A stretch of DNA of 64,000 nucleotides from Sediminibacterium sp. Lineage in GTDB: Bacteria > Bacteroidota > Bacteroidia > Chitinophagales > Chitinophagaceae. This document shows positions 49,740 through 59,222 of this stretch, piece after piece. A model generated the notes under the pieces. It was not told the DNA's origin. It ran no database searches and worked only from the letters and a program-made list of their open reading frames with translations. Within the stretch, counting starts at the first letter, position 1. Each line of letters opens with the position of its first letter. Made by a program: the position numbers and the translations under genes. The stretch is taken from NCBI GenBank assembly GCA_965279635.1, contig OZ257253.1, forward strand, positions 257,506 through 321,505. The letters run 5' to 3'.

Positions 49740-50675
49740 ATGACATTCGTACAACTGGAATATATTATTGCCCTGGATAATGCCCGTCATTTTGCAGCGG
49801 CAGCAAAACAATGCTTTGTTTCCCAGCCTACACTCAGTATGCAGATACAGAAACTGGAAGAAGAAATGGGTGTAAAAATATTCGACCGCAGCAAGCAGCC
49901 GGTGATACCCACCGAACTGGGCGCTGAACTGATAGAACAGGCCCGCAGGATCATCGCCCGCAAAAACCTGATGGAAGAAATGGTCAGCAGGAAAAAAGAT
50001 GTGATAGAAGGGGAATTGAAAATGGGTATCATCCCCACGCTGGCACCTTACCTGCTGCCTTTGTTTGTACAACGGTTCACGCAGAAATATCCATTGGTAA
50101 GACTGGTGGTAAGTGAACTGACAACAGAGAACATCCTCGAGCAACTAAGAAATGGTAAAATAGACATGGGTATCCTTGTTACGCCCTTACAGGAACCGGG
50201 TATCAGGGAGCATATTTTGTTTTATGAGGAGATGATGGCGTATGTGTCACGCAAGAACGCAGCATACAAGAAAACCTATATGCTGCCGCAGGATATTGAC
50301 CCGCATAAATTATGGTTGCTGGAAGAGGGCCATTGTTTTCGCAGCCAGATCGTAAATCTCTGCGAGTTGCAGAAAGCGAGCCGCTCTGCCACGCATTTTG
50401 ATTATGAAGCGGGGAGTATCGAAACGCTGAGACGCATGGTAGATACTAACGACGGCATCACCATATTACCTGAACTGGCCACGCTGGGAATGCCGGCGAA
50501 ACAATTGGCGCAGGTACGTTATTTCAAAAGACCTGCACCAATGCGGGAAGTAAGTATTGTAGTGCACAGGGATTTTGTAAAAAAACGATTGATCGAGATT
50601 GTGAAAGAAGAGATCATTGCATCGGTGCCTTCCAAACTCAATATGAATAAAAGCAGGTATGTGGTTCCTGTATAA
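49740..50675 (+). CDS. oxyR: LysR-family transcriptional regulator, OxyR-like
   Basis: HTH LEYIIALDNARHFAAAAKQCFVSQPTLSMQIQKLEEE. Redox-type Cys in LLEEGHCFR. Divergent from katG. Confidence 0.8.
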   Translation: MTFVQLEYIIALDNARHFAAAAKQCFVSQPTLSMQIQKLEEEMGVKIFDRSKQPVIPTELGAELIEQARRIIARKNLMEEMVSRKKDVIEGELKMGIIPTLAPYLLPLFVQRFTQKYPLVRLVVSELTTENILEQLRNGKIDMGILVTPLQEPGIREHILFYEEMMAYVSRKNAAYKKTYMLPQDIDPHKLWLLEEGHCFRSQIVNLCELQKASRSATHFDYEAGSIETLRRMVDTNDGITILPELATLGMPAKQLAQVRYFKRPAPMREVSIVVHRDFVKKRLIEIVKEEIIASVPSKLNMNKSRYVVPV

Positions 50676-50677
50676 TT

Positions 50678-50784
50678 CTCTGTGTACCTCTGTGTCCTTT
50701 GTGCCTCTGTGGTAAAGAACACTCTCCATCGATCTAAGCGAAGGCTTTGCCACAGAGGCACAAAGGACACAGAGGTACACAGAG
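50678..50784. repeat. ~107-nt palindromic element, copy 2 of 4
   Basis: Arms 50678-50717 and 50745-50784 (39/40 paired). Lies between the oxyR stop (50675) and the hydrolase stop (50786). Confidence 0.92.
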
Positions 50785-50785
50785 T

Positions 50786-51589
50786 TTATTGTAGCAGGCT
50801 GTCGAGTTTTTGCTGCATTACAGGAAAAGTACCGAGGTCGTTATGCGAACCGTTGGGGATGCTGATGAATTCATCTCCCGGTTTGAACACTTTCTGAAGA
50901 CGTCTGGCATTCCGGTGAGGGATCACGCCGTCATCTGTTCCATGAAAGATGGTTACCGGTGCTGTTACTTTGGCGAGGTATTCATGTGTGGGGATCTTGA
51001 GATGCATCATCCTTCCCAAAGGATACATCCATAAAAAGGGGCGCAGCAAAGAGGTGAGGCTGTAATAAGGCGTTTCCAGTATCAAATGTTTACAATCGCG
51101 AATAGAAGCCAGTTGCGAAGCGATACCAGTCCCCAGTGATTTGCCATAGATAATGATTTGGGAGGGTTCATACTTCGCTCTTGCCATTTTGTACACCTGC
51201 AAGGCTTCTTCGTATAAAATCTCTTCTGATAACTCACCAGTCGATTTTCCAAAGCCGGGATAATCGGGCATCCATACTTCATACCCATTTCGTGTAAACC
51301 AGGGTACATACGGTGCATACCTGTTTACATTCTGGCGGTTGCCATGGAAATACAGGACAACACCTTTTCTCAATGAATCGGGAACAGTGAATTGTACAAT
51401 GTTGAAAGAGGTTTCCTCATCAACTACGATATCAGCTTCGGTGAAAGGTTGTGCAAACTGGTAATTGCGCGCAGGACTCACCGGTTCCGGGTGAAGGAAT
51501 AGTTTATCCTGTAGAAAATAAAATGCGCTGCCTACAAGACAGTAAACGATGATAATGATCTTGCTCCAGCGGAAGATTTTCTTTTTCAA
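50786..51589 (-). CDS. alpha/beta hydrolase (membrane-anchored)
   Basis: N-terminal TM segment, nucleophile elbow GKSLGTG, FHGTDDGVIP and GSHND triad regions. TTG start. Confidence 0.75.
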   Translation of the reverse strand: MKKKIFRWSKIIIIVYCLVGSAFYFLQDKLFLHPEPVSPARNYQFAQPFTEADIVVDEETSFNIVQFTVPDSLRKGVVLYFHGNRQNVNRYAPYVPWFTRNGYEVWMPDYPGFGKSTGELSEEILYEEALQVYKMARAKYEPSQIIIYGKSLGTGIASQLASIRDCKHLILETPYYSLTSLLRPFLWMYPLGRMMHLKIPTHEYLAKVTAPVTIFHGTDDGVIPHRNARRLQKVFKPGDEFISIPNGSHNDLGTFPVMQQKLDSLLQ

Positions 51590-51608
51590 GCAGCAAAGTT
51601 AAGTCTAT

Positions 51609-51715
51609 CTCTGTGAAACTCCGTGTCCTCCGTGCCTCTGTGGTAAAGAACACTCTCCATCGATCTAAGCGAAGGCTTTACCACAGAGGCACGGAGGACA
51701 CAGAGGTTCACAGAG
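51609..51715. repeat. ~107-nt palindromic element, copy 3 of 4
   Basis: Arms 51609-51648 and 51676-51715 (38/40). The loop is identical to copy 2. Lies between the two hydrolase paralogs. Confidence 0.92.
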
Positions 51716-51717
51716 AG

Positions 51718-52506
51718 TTAATATTGAAGAATATCGCGGATAAAATTATGGTACTCAGGAAAGGAGGGTAGGTTATTATGCCCGCCACCGTGTATGCGTA
51801 TCAATGTGATCTTATGCGGGTTGAACTGCTGCAGCTTTTCACTGTGCCGGATGGGGATGAGCCAGTCTTTGGTGCCGTGCAGAATATAAGTATGGCAATT
51901 CACTTTCCTGATCCATTTATCGGTATGCAGGTGGTACCTCAATATCCATTTATGCGGGAGTATTGGCACAAAACGTTCTGCTACTTTGAGGAAACTGTAA
52001 TAAGGCGCATCCAGTATCAGGTAGCGGGGTTTATTGTCTGCGGCCAGTTTGGCGGCAAAGCCACTGCCCAGGCTCCGGCCATACACCAGCAGATCGTGTT
52101 CATTGAATTTCTCCCGCATCTTGTCGTACACAAACTGCATATCGGCGTGCATTTCTTTTTCGCTGCGCTTACCGGTGCTTTTGCCAAAGCCGCGATAATC
52201 TACCAATACCACATCATACTGATAACGGTAAAAATCCTTCGCATATTTTGCCCAGCCTTTGATGCTTCTTGAATTGCCGTGGAAATAGAGAATAAGTCCC
52301 TTGGGTTCTTTACAATAAAAATGCAGGCCGTTGATGCAGATGCCCGGCGCTATATCAAAGAACAGTTCTTCAAAAGGAGCATCATACTTGTACTCGAAAT
52401 CCTGCGGCAGTTTTTCGGGTTTGAAAATGAATTTGTCCTGGATGAAGTAGACCAGTATGGCGAGTGCGATATAGCCTGCGATGATATAGAGGAGGGTTGG
52501 GGACAA
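51718..52506 (-). CDS. alpha/beta hydrolase (paralog of the neighbouring gene)
   Basis: Same architecture as 50786..51589: N-terminal TM segment, GRSLGSG, LHGTKDWLIP, GGHNN. Confidence 0.75.
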   Translation of the reverse strand: MSPTLLYIIAGYIALAILVYFIQDKFIFKPEKLPQDFEYKYDAPFEELFFDIAPGICINGLHFYCKEPKGLILYFHGNSRSIKGWAKYAKDFYRYQYDVVLVDYRGFGKSTGKRSEKEMHADMQFVYDKMREKFNEHDLLVYGRSLGSGFAAKLAADNKPRYLILDAPYYSFLKVAERFVPILPHKWILRYHLHTDKWIRKVNCHTYILHGTKDWLIPIRHSEKLQQFNPHKITLIRIHGGGHNNLPSFPEYHNFIRDILQY

Positions 52507-52620
52507 TAGTTTGTTTTGGTGTAAGTTCCGATTTTAGCAGATAGGAACAATAGATAAGAAAAAGGCGTCTGAAATTCCTTAGCACTTGTTTAAAATGATG
52601 ATCCTGAAACTATCGAATCT

Positions 52621-52690
52621 TTTTTCAACACAGAGATCACAGAGTAAACAGAGGGCCCTCTGTCTACTCTGTGATCTCTGTGTTGAAAAA
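52621..52690. terminator. 70-bp near-perfect loopless palindrome (cacagag words) flanked by T- and A-runs
   Basis: Left half 52621-55 and right half 52656-90, with a single mismatch. Centre is cagaggg|ccctctg. Confidence 0.85.
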
Positions 52691-52756
52691 AGATTTGCCT
52701 TCCAATCCTGCACGCTATTATTAAACAGGCGCTAAACGACCATGATCTATTAAAAA

Positions 52757-53056
52757 CTATTTCAAAGTATCTCTCTTCCATGCCTCCATCCCCCCCTTTA
52801 AATTAACAAGATTACTAAACCCAAACCTATCCTCCAACCGCTGTATCGCTATCTGACTACGAATACCCAGTTTGCAATAAACAATCACCGGCCTGTCTTT
52901 GGGAATAGAACCAGATTGCTGGATAATGCTGTCAAGGGGAATCAGTTCCCCGCCAATATTAAATGATTCATGCTCCGAAGCCTCACGAACATCCAGCAGG
53001 AAAATATCTTCCTGCCGCATTCTTTCCTGCAATTCAACCGGTGAAATATGGATCAT
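52757..53056 (-). CDS. rhodanese-like domain protein
   Basis: 99 aa. Active-site loop VYCKLGIRS. Its start overlaps the kup stop as ATGA. Confidence 0.8.
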   Translation of the reverse strand: MIHISPVELQERMRQEDIFLLDVREASEHESFNIGGELIPLDSIIQQSGSIPKDRPVIVYCKLGIRSQIAIQRLEDRFGFSNLVNLKGGMEAWKRDTLK

Positions 53057-55041
53057 TCGTATTCGTTGCCTTCGTTGTACACACGTTTGAGTGTGAATTT
53101 GGAAACAGGTGCCACAATGAGCGGGAACTTTTCTACGGTTACATTACTGGGATCGAGTCCGAAACCGCGTTCCTCGCCAAGGCTGATCTCTTTGAGCCAG
53201 AAATAGAGTTTCATGATCATCTTCTCTACAAAAGGAAGTTCATTATCCTGGCTCAGGTATTTTTCCAGTACGATGAACTGGAAATCGCCGACCACGTTAT
53301 TTTTTTCCAGACTCTCGTAGCGGCTGGTAATATTTACTTCTTTATTGCTCACCAGCTCTTCCACTACTTTCCTGAACATGAGGTTAAGACGCTGCTCCAC
53401 GCGGAAGCCCAGCCTGAACTCTACACGGATGATATCATTGGGAATAATATGTTCCACTGAAAATTCAGAAGTATAGGGATCATCCAAAACATCCACGTGT
53501 ACGAACCAATAAATATCCGCCCGTTTCGGTTTTTTATTCAGGATGGAATAGATGATCTTATGCTCGATCTCTTTCGGATTATTGGCGCTGGTCATATACA
53601 CCAGGTGCGTGGCGTATTTGGAAATGGTGCGGTCATTGCTCAGCTCCTGGATCATGGGTATATAATGTTCCATCCGTACAAATTCCACGTACCGGTTCTT
53701 GATCTTGCGGCTGCGGAACCAGACATACATTACCATGAACAGTGCGCCACCGGCGATCAGTGTTACATAGCCACCATGCAGGAATTTCTGCAGGTTGGCC
53801 ACGAGAAACGATATCTCGATGACAAGATACACAACGAGATAAAGATAGATCCATCCCGACTTGACCCGCCGGCTCACGAGAAAATTGGCAAACAGGATAG
53901 AGGTACTGATCATACACAAAGTAATGGCCAGTCCATAGGCCGCACCCATATTGGCTGATTTCTGGAAGTAGAGTACAATACCCACACAACCCACGTATAG
54001 CAGGAGGCTGATACCCTGTATGTACAACTGACCTTTTTCTTCGGTCGGATAATTGATCCTCATTTTTGGCCATAAGTTCAGTCGCATGGCCTCACTGATG
54101 AGTGTGAATGACCCGGATATCAACGCCTGGCAGGCAATGATGGATGCTACGGTGGCGATCATGATGCCCGGCAGTTTAAACCATATCGGCATAATACCGA
54201 TAAAAGGGTTGAAGCCATTGTCGATCATTGCATGATCGATGGTCTGTCCCTGGAAATGATATAACAACCAGGCACCCTGACCAAGATAGTTTAGAATCAG
54301 GCTTGTTTTTACAAACATCCATGATATACGGATATTGCCCCTGCCGCAGTGACCAAGATCACTGTACAAAGATTCCGCACCGGTGGTACACAGGAAAATG
54401 GCGCCCAGTAACCAGAATCCCTTTGGATAGGCGGACAAAAACTCGAAAGCATAATACGGGTTCAGCGATTTAAATATGCTGATATCATCCAGCAGGTGCG
54501 TAGCGCCCAGCACGGCAAGCATACCAAAGTACACACACATTACCGGGCCAAACAGTTTGCCGATAGAAGCCGTTCCGAATTGCTGTACAAAATAAATGAT
54601 GGTGATAATACCGATAACAATGGCGACGATCGTGCTTTGTTTGATATCGTGCAAAGCCGGCAATTGCCTTAAACCCTCTATGGCTGAAGTTACCGTGATG
54701 GGTGGTGTGATGATACCGTCTGCCAGCAGTGCCGCGCCGCCGATCATGGCCGGGGCTACCAGCCATTTTCTCCGCCTGCGAACAAGGGCGTATAAACTGA
54801 AAATACCGCCTTCACCCTTGTTGTCTGCTTTCAGGGTAAGGATCACATATTTTACGGTGGTTTGTAAAGTCAGTGTCCAGATGATACAGGACAGAACACC
54901 TAAGATCAGGGCCTCAGAGATGACCCTTCCGTTAATGATTTCATTTAATACATACAACGGGGAGGTACCGATGTCGCCAAAGATGATTCCTACTGCGATG
55001 ACCAGGCCGCCAGCGGAGACCTTGTTAAGATTCTTACTCAC
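53053..55041 (-). CDS. kup: KUP/HAK/KT potassium uptake transporter
   Basis: GDIGTSPLY motif, ~12 TM segments plus a cytoplasmic C-domain. I place the start at GTG 55041 (MSKNLNKVSAGG). The track extension to 55353 reads through a palindrome, and a TAcaTTTG box lies at 55072-55079. Confidence 0.86.
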   Translation of the reverse strand: MSKNLNKVSAGGLVIAVGIIFGDIGTSPLYVLNEIINGRVISEALILGVLSCIIWTLTLQTTVKYVILTLKADNKGEGGIFSLYALVRRRRKWLVAPAMIGGAALLADGIITPPITVTSAIEGLRQLPALHDIKQSTIVAIVIGIITIIYFVQQFGTASIGKLFGPVMCVYFGMLAVLGATHLLDDISIFKSLNPYYAFEFLSAYPKGFWLLGAIFLCTTGAESLYSDLGHCGRGNIRISWMFVKTSLILNYLGQGAWLLYHFQGQTIDHAMIDNGFNPFIGIMPIWFKLPGIMIATVASIIACQALISGSFTLISEAMRLNLWPKMRINYPTEEKGQLYIQGISLLLYVGCVGIVLYFQKSANMGAAYGLAITLCMISTSILFANFLVSRRVKSGWIYLYLVVYLVIEISFLVANLQKFLHGGYVTLIAGGALFMVMYVWFRSRKIKNRYVEFVRMEHYIPMIQELSNDRTISKYATHLVYMTSANNPKEIEHKIIYSILNKKPKRADIYWFVHVDVLDDPYTSEFSVEHIIPNDIIRVEFRLGFRVEQRLNLMFRKVVEELVSNKEVNITSRYESLEKNNVVGDFQFIVLEKYLSQDNELPFVEKMIMKLYFWLKEISLGEERGFGLDPSNVTVEKFPLIVAPVSKFTLKRVYNEGNEYE

Positions 55042-55071
55042 ACGAAGAGGGTTCGTAAACAGAATATTTAA

Positions 55072-55079
55072 CAAATGTA
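55072..55079 (-). promoter_or_regulatory. -7 box TAcaTTTG upstream of kup
   Basis: Exact match on the minus strand, 30 nt upstream of the proposed GTG start at 55041. Confidence 0.5.
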
Positions 55080-55172
55080 AAAGTAAAATCAATCCCTGTG
55101 CGGGAAATTTGGGAAGAAGGGGCAGGGAACAGAAGAACAAGGAACAGAAGAGTAATGAATAAGTAATAGGGA

Positions 55173-55252
55173 GGCCCGCAAATGTGTACTCACATTTGCT
55201 GATTTTTCTTCGGGCGACCCCGCAGGCAAATGTGAGGACACATTTGCGGGCC
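55173..55252. repeat. double-hairpin palindrome (gcaaatgtg...cacatttgc twice) between kup and the divergent unknown gene
   Basis: Arms 55173-55199 and 55226-55252 are inverted copies, and each arm is itself a hairpin. Confidence 0.85.
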
Positions 55253-55339
55253 TTCCATTTGTTTCGGAATCTTCTTAAACCGGATCCACAACCTCCTTCT
55301 TTTAGTGTTAATTTACATATCCAAAAGCCCCGCAACCCG

Positions 55340-55347
55340 TACATTTG
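55340..55347 (+). promoter_or_regulatory. -7 box TAcaTTTG upstream of the unknown secreted protein gene
   Basis: Exact match, 24 nt before ATG 55372. Confidence 0.5.
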
Positions 55348-55371
55348 GAACATAATACCCGATACGAGCCA

Positions 55372-56898
55372 ATGAAAAAGCCAGTATTTTTTATCCTGAC
55401 CTTACTTCTTTCTGTCAATCTGGCTTGTTTTGGCCAGAAGATTACCTATTCAGAGCCGGAACGTGATGATGCCCGTACCCTCAATTTCGAAGTGCTGGGC
55501 AGGTTGAATGGCAAAGTGCTTGTCTACAAAAGTTACCGCGATCTTCATTTTATTTCTGTGTTTGATAACGAGATGCAACTGATCCAGAAAGTACCCATGG
55601 ATTTTCTCAGCGGGCGCATCCTGAACAGTGAGTTTTTGCAATACCAGGAACATGTGTACATGATCTACCAGTTCCAGAAAAAGAACGTGATCTATTGCAT
55701 GGCGGCCAAACTGAATGCAGACGGTAAAAAACTGGGCGACCCTGTGCAGCTGGATACCACCGAAGTGAATAACGCTTCCACCAGCCGTATCTATTCTGTG
55801 ATCAACAGTGAGGATAAGCAAAAGATCATGGTCTTTAAGATCAATACCCGCAATGACAAGGCGCATGTACTGACCACCAGTCTTTTTGATAAGGATATGA
55901 CGCTGCTGAAAAAATCAAGACTTGTGGTCACCATGCCGCAGCGGAACGATTTTCTTACGGAGTTTACACTGGATAATGATGGCGACCTGGTGTGTGTACG
56001 TGCTTCGGGAACCGCTTCGAATGATAATATCAATAAAGTAAGTCTGGTTACCAAAAAAGCCATGTCGGATGGATATGCGGTTTCAGATCTGAAAGTGACC
56101 GGTATTTTCCTGGATGATATGCGCATCAAAGCCGATAATATCAACAAGCATTATGTGATCACTTCCTTCCTCAGTAAAACCCGTCGCGGTAATATTGAAG
56201 GACTGTATTATACACTCTGGGATAAGAAAAATAACCAGGAGATCATGAATGCCACCACGCTTTTTTCTGATGAATTCAGGGAAGACGCGCGCGCAGAGGG
56301 GAACCCGAAAACTGCTTTCAACGATTATTTTCTCAAGAATATCATCCTGCGTAAGGATGGTGGTTTTATTGTAGTAGCTGAATCTGCCTATACCAGTACT
56401 CGTGGCAATACACTCAACCGCTGGGATTACCTGTATGGCTCACCTTACTGGTCGCCGGTTGATTATTATACCTGGAACAGTCCGGTGGGGCTTTACCCCT
56501 GGTGGCGCTCCAGTATCTATAATAATGCCAATGCCCTTACCCGTTTTTATGCAGACAATGTAGCTGTGGTTTCTTTTGCCCCCACAGGTAAAATGGAATG
56601 GAGCAATGTGATCCGTAAATCCCAATACGATGATAATTCGGATAATTTTATCGGCTACGGTTTATTGAACATGGGTGCGGAACTGCATTTTATTTTTAAC
56701 GTACAGGAAAAACGCGCATTGATCCTGTCTGACCAGGCCATTGCACCTTCCGGCCAGATAGACAGGAACCCTACTTTCAAAAACCTTGACAAGGGTCATG
56801 AGTTCATGCCGCGCCATGCCAAACAGGTTGGGTCGAGGGTGGTGATCGTACCTGCCCAGTACAGGGGGTTTACCTGTTTTGCTAAAATCGAATTTTAA
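55372..56898 (+). CDS. secreted protein of unknown function
   Basis: Signal peptide MKKPVFFILTLLLSVNLACFGQ. 508 aa, beta-rich, no recognised motif. A TAcaTTTG box lies 25 nt upstream. Confidence 0.6.
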   Translation: MKKPVFFILTLLLSVNLACFGQKITYSEPERDDARTLNFEVLGRLNGKVLVYKSYRDLHFISVFDNEMQLIQKVPMDFLSGRILNSEFLQYQEHVYMIYQFQKKNVIYCMAAKLNADGKKLGDPVQLDTTEVNNASTSRIYSVINSEDKQKIMVFKINTRNDKAHVLTTSLFDKDMTLLKKSRLVVTMPQRNDFLTEFTLDNDGDLVCVRASGTASNDNINKVSLVTKKAMSDGYAVSDLKVTGIFLDDMRIKADNINKHYVITSFLSKTRRGNIEGLYYTLWDKKNNQEIMNATTLFSDEFREDARAEGNPKTAFNDYFLKNIILRKDGGFIVVAESAYTSTRGNTLNRWDYLYGSPYWSPVDYYTWNSPVGLYPWWRSSIYNNANALTRFYADNVAVVSFAPTGKMEWSNVIRKSQYDDNSDNFIGYGLLNMGAELHFIFNVQEKRALILSDQAIAPSGQIDRNPTFKNLDKGHEFMPRHAKQVGSRVVIVPAQYRGFTCFAKIEF

Positions 56899-56907
56899 TC
56901 CAGGCCC

Positions 56908-57891
56908 GTGGTCTTCCTTTTCAGAGATAAATCAGTTGCCAATATCTTTTTCCTTGTGCTGCTGGGCATTGGGGTACACCTGCATTTTTTTATCAATGCA
57001 CCCCTGGTGATCAGTCATGGCAACGATGGATTTTTTTCCCTTTTTCTACAGGAATATGTGACCACACTTCCGCAAACACTTTTGTTTCTTGTGTACCTGC
57101 TGATCGTGCTGTTACAGGCTATCCGCTTAAATATGGTGCTGAGTGAAATGCGGATGTTCCCGAACAATACGTATGCAACAGCGATGGTGTATATATTGTT
57201 ATCGGGCATCATGACAGAATGGTGTGGTATTTCATCCGCATTGTGCGCCAATTTCCTGCTCACATGGATATTCATCAAACTCAGCAGGCTGTATAACCAT
57301 CCTTCTCCCAAAAGCTTATTGTTCAATACGGGGCTGATTGTGGGTGTGTCGGTGCTTTGTTACCACCCAACCGCCATTCTGATAGGTGTTGTATTGTTTG
57401 CGCTGGTAATGGTAAGACCGTTCCGCCTGGCCGAATGGGTAATTCTGCTGATGGGTATATTATTGCCATTTTATTTTCTTTTCGGCGTATTGTTCCTGCT
57501 GGATAGAACGGCCAGGTTCACTTTATTTGTCCCGAATCTGCAATTACATTTTCCCGTAGCGGAATGGAGTGCACCTTTGGTCATCAGGTTGTCTGTATTG
57601 GTGGCCATGCTGGTGGCGGGTCTTGTTTTCTGGCAGATCACGCATAAGCGGATGGTCATCCAGATCAGGAAAAACTGGGGGGTGATGATGGTGATGCTGT
57701 TTGTACTGCTGCCTGTTCCCTTTATTTTCCGTCAGGCAGGAGTAGAATCGGCTTTTATGCTGCTTATGCCGCTGGCGGCTTTTGCTTCCAACGCGTTTTC
57801 AACACCCCGCAGGCTGATATTACCCAATATCCTTTTCTGGATCGGAGTAGCGGTGCTGGTTTACAATAACTGGCAACTTATCAGGGGGTAA
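56908..57891 (+). CDS. polytopic membrane protein of unknown function
   Basis: 327 aa with ~9-10 hydrophobic segments. GTG start 9 nt after the preceding stop suggests co-transcription. Confidence 0.6.
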   Translation: MVFLFRDKSVANIFFLVLLGIGVHLHFFINAPLVISHGNDGFFSLFLQEYVTTLPQTLLFLVYLLIVLLQAIRLNMVLSEMRMFPNNTYATAMVYILLSGIMTEWCGISSALCANFLLTWIFIKLSRLYNHPSPKSLLFNTGLIVGVSVLCYHPTAILIGVVLFALVMVRPFRLAEWVILLMGILLPFYFLFGVLFLLDRTARFTLFVPNLQLHFPVAEWSAPLVIRLSVLVAMLVAGLVFWQITHKRMVIQIRKNWGVMMVMLFVLLPVPFIFRQAGVESAFMLLMPLAAFASNAFSTPRRLILPNILFWIGVAVLVYNNWQLIRG

Positions 57892-58009
57892 GGTTCAAGG
57901 ATACAGGGTTAAGGGCCCGTTTTGCACAAAGTTTGCTCATGTGTGTTTGGATCTTGTGTCTTGTTGCTTTTCTTGTGCCTTGTTTCTTTTTTCCACCTTG
58001 TTCTTTCCG

Positions 58010-58017
58010 TACCTTTG
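58010..58017 (+). promoter_or_regulatory. -7 box TAccTTTG upstream of purQ
   Basis: Exact match, 26 nt before ATG 58044. Confidence 0.55.
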
Positions 58018-58043
58018 CCGCTCATTATTATCAATCTTTTTAT

Positions 58044-58703
58044 ATGAAATTCGGCGTTGTTGTTTTTCCGGGATCCAATTGCGACAGGGATATGCAGGAT
58101 GCCCTCCAGAACGATTTTGGCAGGGAAGTGGTTATGCTATGGCATAAAGACAAAGATCTCAGCATGTTCACAACCGATGATTGTATTGTTCTTCCCGGTG
58201 GATTTTCTTATGGCGATTACCTGCGCTGTGGTGCCATTGCCCGTTTCAGCCCTATGATGCAGAGCGTGATAGAGTTTGCCAACAGGGGTGGTAAAGTACT
58301 GGGTGTTTGTAACGGGTTCCAGATATTGTGTGAGAGTGGGCTTTTGCCAGGCGTATTATTACAGAACGCCAACCAGCAGTTTGTCTGCAAGAACGTTTTT
58401 ATCAAAAACGGCGAAGGCGAAGCGTTGAAAATACCGGTTGCGCATGGCGAAGGCAGGTACCATGCCGATGATACCACATTGGATGAACTGGAGAAGAATG
58501 GCCAGGTCATTTTCAGGTATTGCCAGCCCGATGGGGCGATCGATGCTGCAGCCAATCCGAACGGCGCTATCCGCAATATAGCCGGTATCAAAAACAAGGC
58601 AGGTAACGTGTTCGGCATGATGCCGCACCCCGAACGTGCCTCTTCCCCCGATATGAGTAACCTGGATGGAAGAAAAGTATTTGAATTATTAGGGTTGAAT
58701 TAA
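58044..58703 (+). CDS. purQ: phosphoribosylformylglycinamidine synthase, glutamine amidotransferase subunit
   Basis: [17 protein letters not shown]-terminus, nucleophile [16 protein letters not shown]. Confidence 0.92.
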   Translation: MKFGVVVFPGSNCDRDMQDALQNDFGREVVMLWHKDKDLSMFTTDDCIVLPGGFSYGDYLRCGAIARFSPMMQSVIEFANRGGKVLGVCNGFQILCESGLLPGVLLQNANQQFVCKNVFIKNGEGEALKIPVAHGEGRYHADDTTLDELEKNGQVIFRYCQPDGAIDAAANPNGAIRNIAGIKNKAGNVFGMMPHPERASSPDMSNLDGRKVFELLGLN

Positions 58704-58749
58704 CAGGTTGCCGGTAAACCATTTTGTAATTTTCAGTCTAATCTCATAC

Positions 58750-59196
58750 ATGAAAAAGATATTCCTCCTTTTAACGGCAACCCTTATTACGGCTGTAACA
58801 TTCGGTCAAAACCCGGTGAACCTCTCGTATGAAGCAAAGAAAAAATCTGCCGGTGTATATGATATCATCATCACGGCCAACGTAGACAATAACTGGCATA
58901 TTTATTCGCAGAATACTGGCAAGGGCGGCCCTATCCCTACAAAAGTCAGTTTTAAGGCCAATCCACTGGTATCGCTTACCGGCGCGGTTAAAGAACTCGG
59001 AAAAGTGGAAAAGCATTATGATGAGAACTTCAAAACAAATGTTTTGTATTTCTCCAACCAGGTACAGTTTGTTCAAACCATAAAAGTAAAAGGCAATATC
59101 AAAACCAATATTGCAGGTACCATCGAATTCATGGTTTGTGATGACAGTAAATGTTTGCCTCCCGCTAAAAAAACATTTGATCTGCAACTCATGTAA
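58750..59196 (+). CDS. stand-alone DsbD N-terminal-domain-like protein (secreted, Cys pair present)
   Basis: Signal peptide MKKIFLLLTATLITAVTFGQ. Ig-like beta pattern with WHIYS and the Cys pair FMVCDDSKCLPP. Confidence 0.65.
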   Translation: MKKIFLLLTATLITAVTFGQNPVNLSYEAKKKSAGVYDIIITANVDNNWHIYSQNTGKGGPIPTKVSFKANPLVSLTGAVKELGKVEKHYDENFKTNVLYFSNQVQFVQTIKVKGNIKTNIAGTIEFMVCDDSKCLPPAKKTFDLQLM

Positions 59197-59222
59197 ATTC
59201 TTCCGGCCAATAAAACTGCGCA

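Noticed and set aside
50678-51715. Composite transposon or IS element formed by element copies 2 and 3 around the hydrolase gene
   Set aside because: There is no transposase, no terminal inverted repeats typical of IS elements beyond the palindromes themselves, and no target-site duplication. I kept it only as a possible repeat-mediated duplication.
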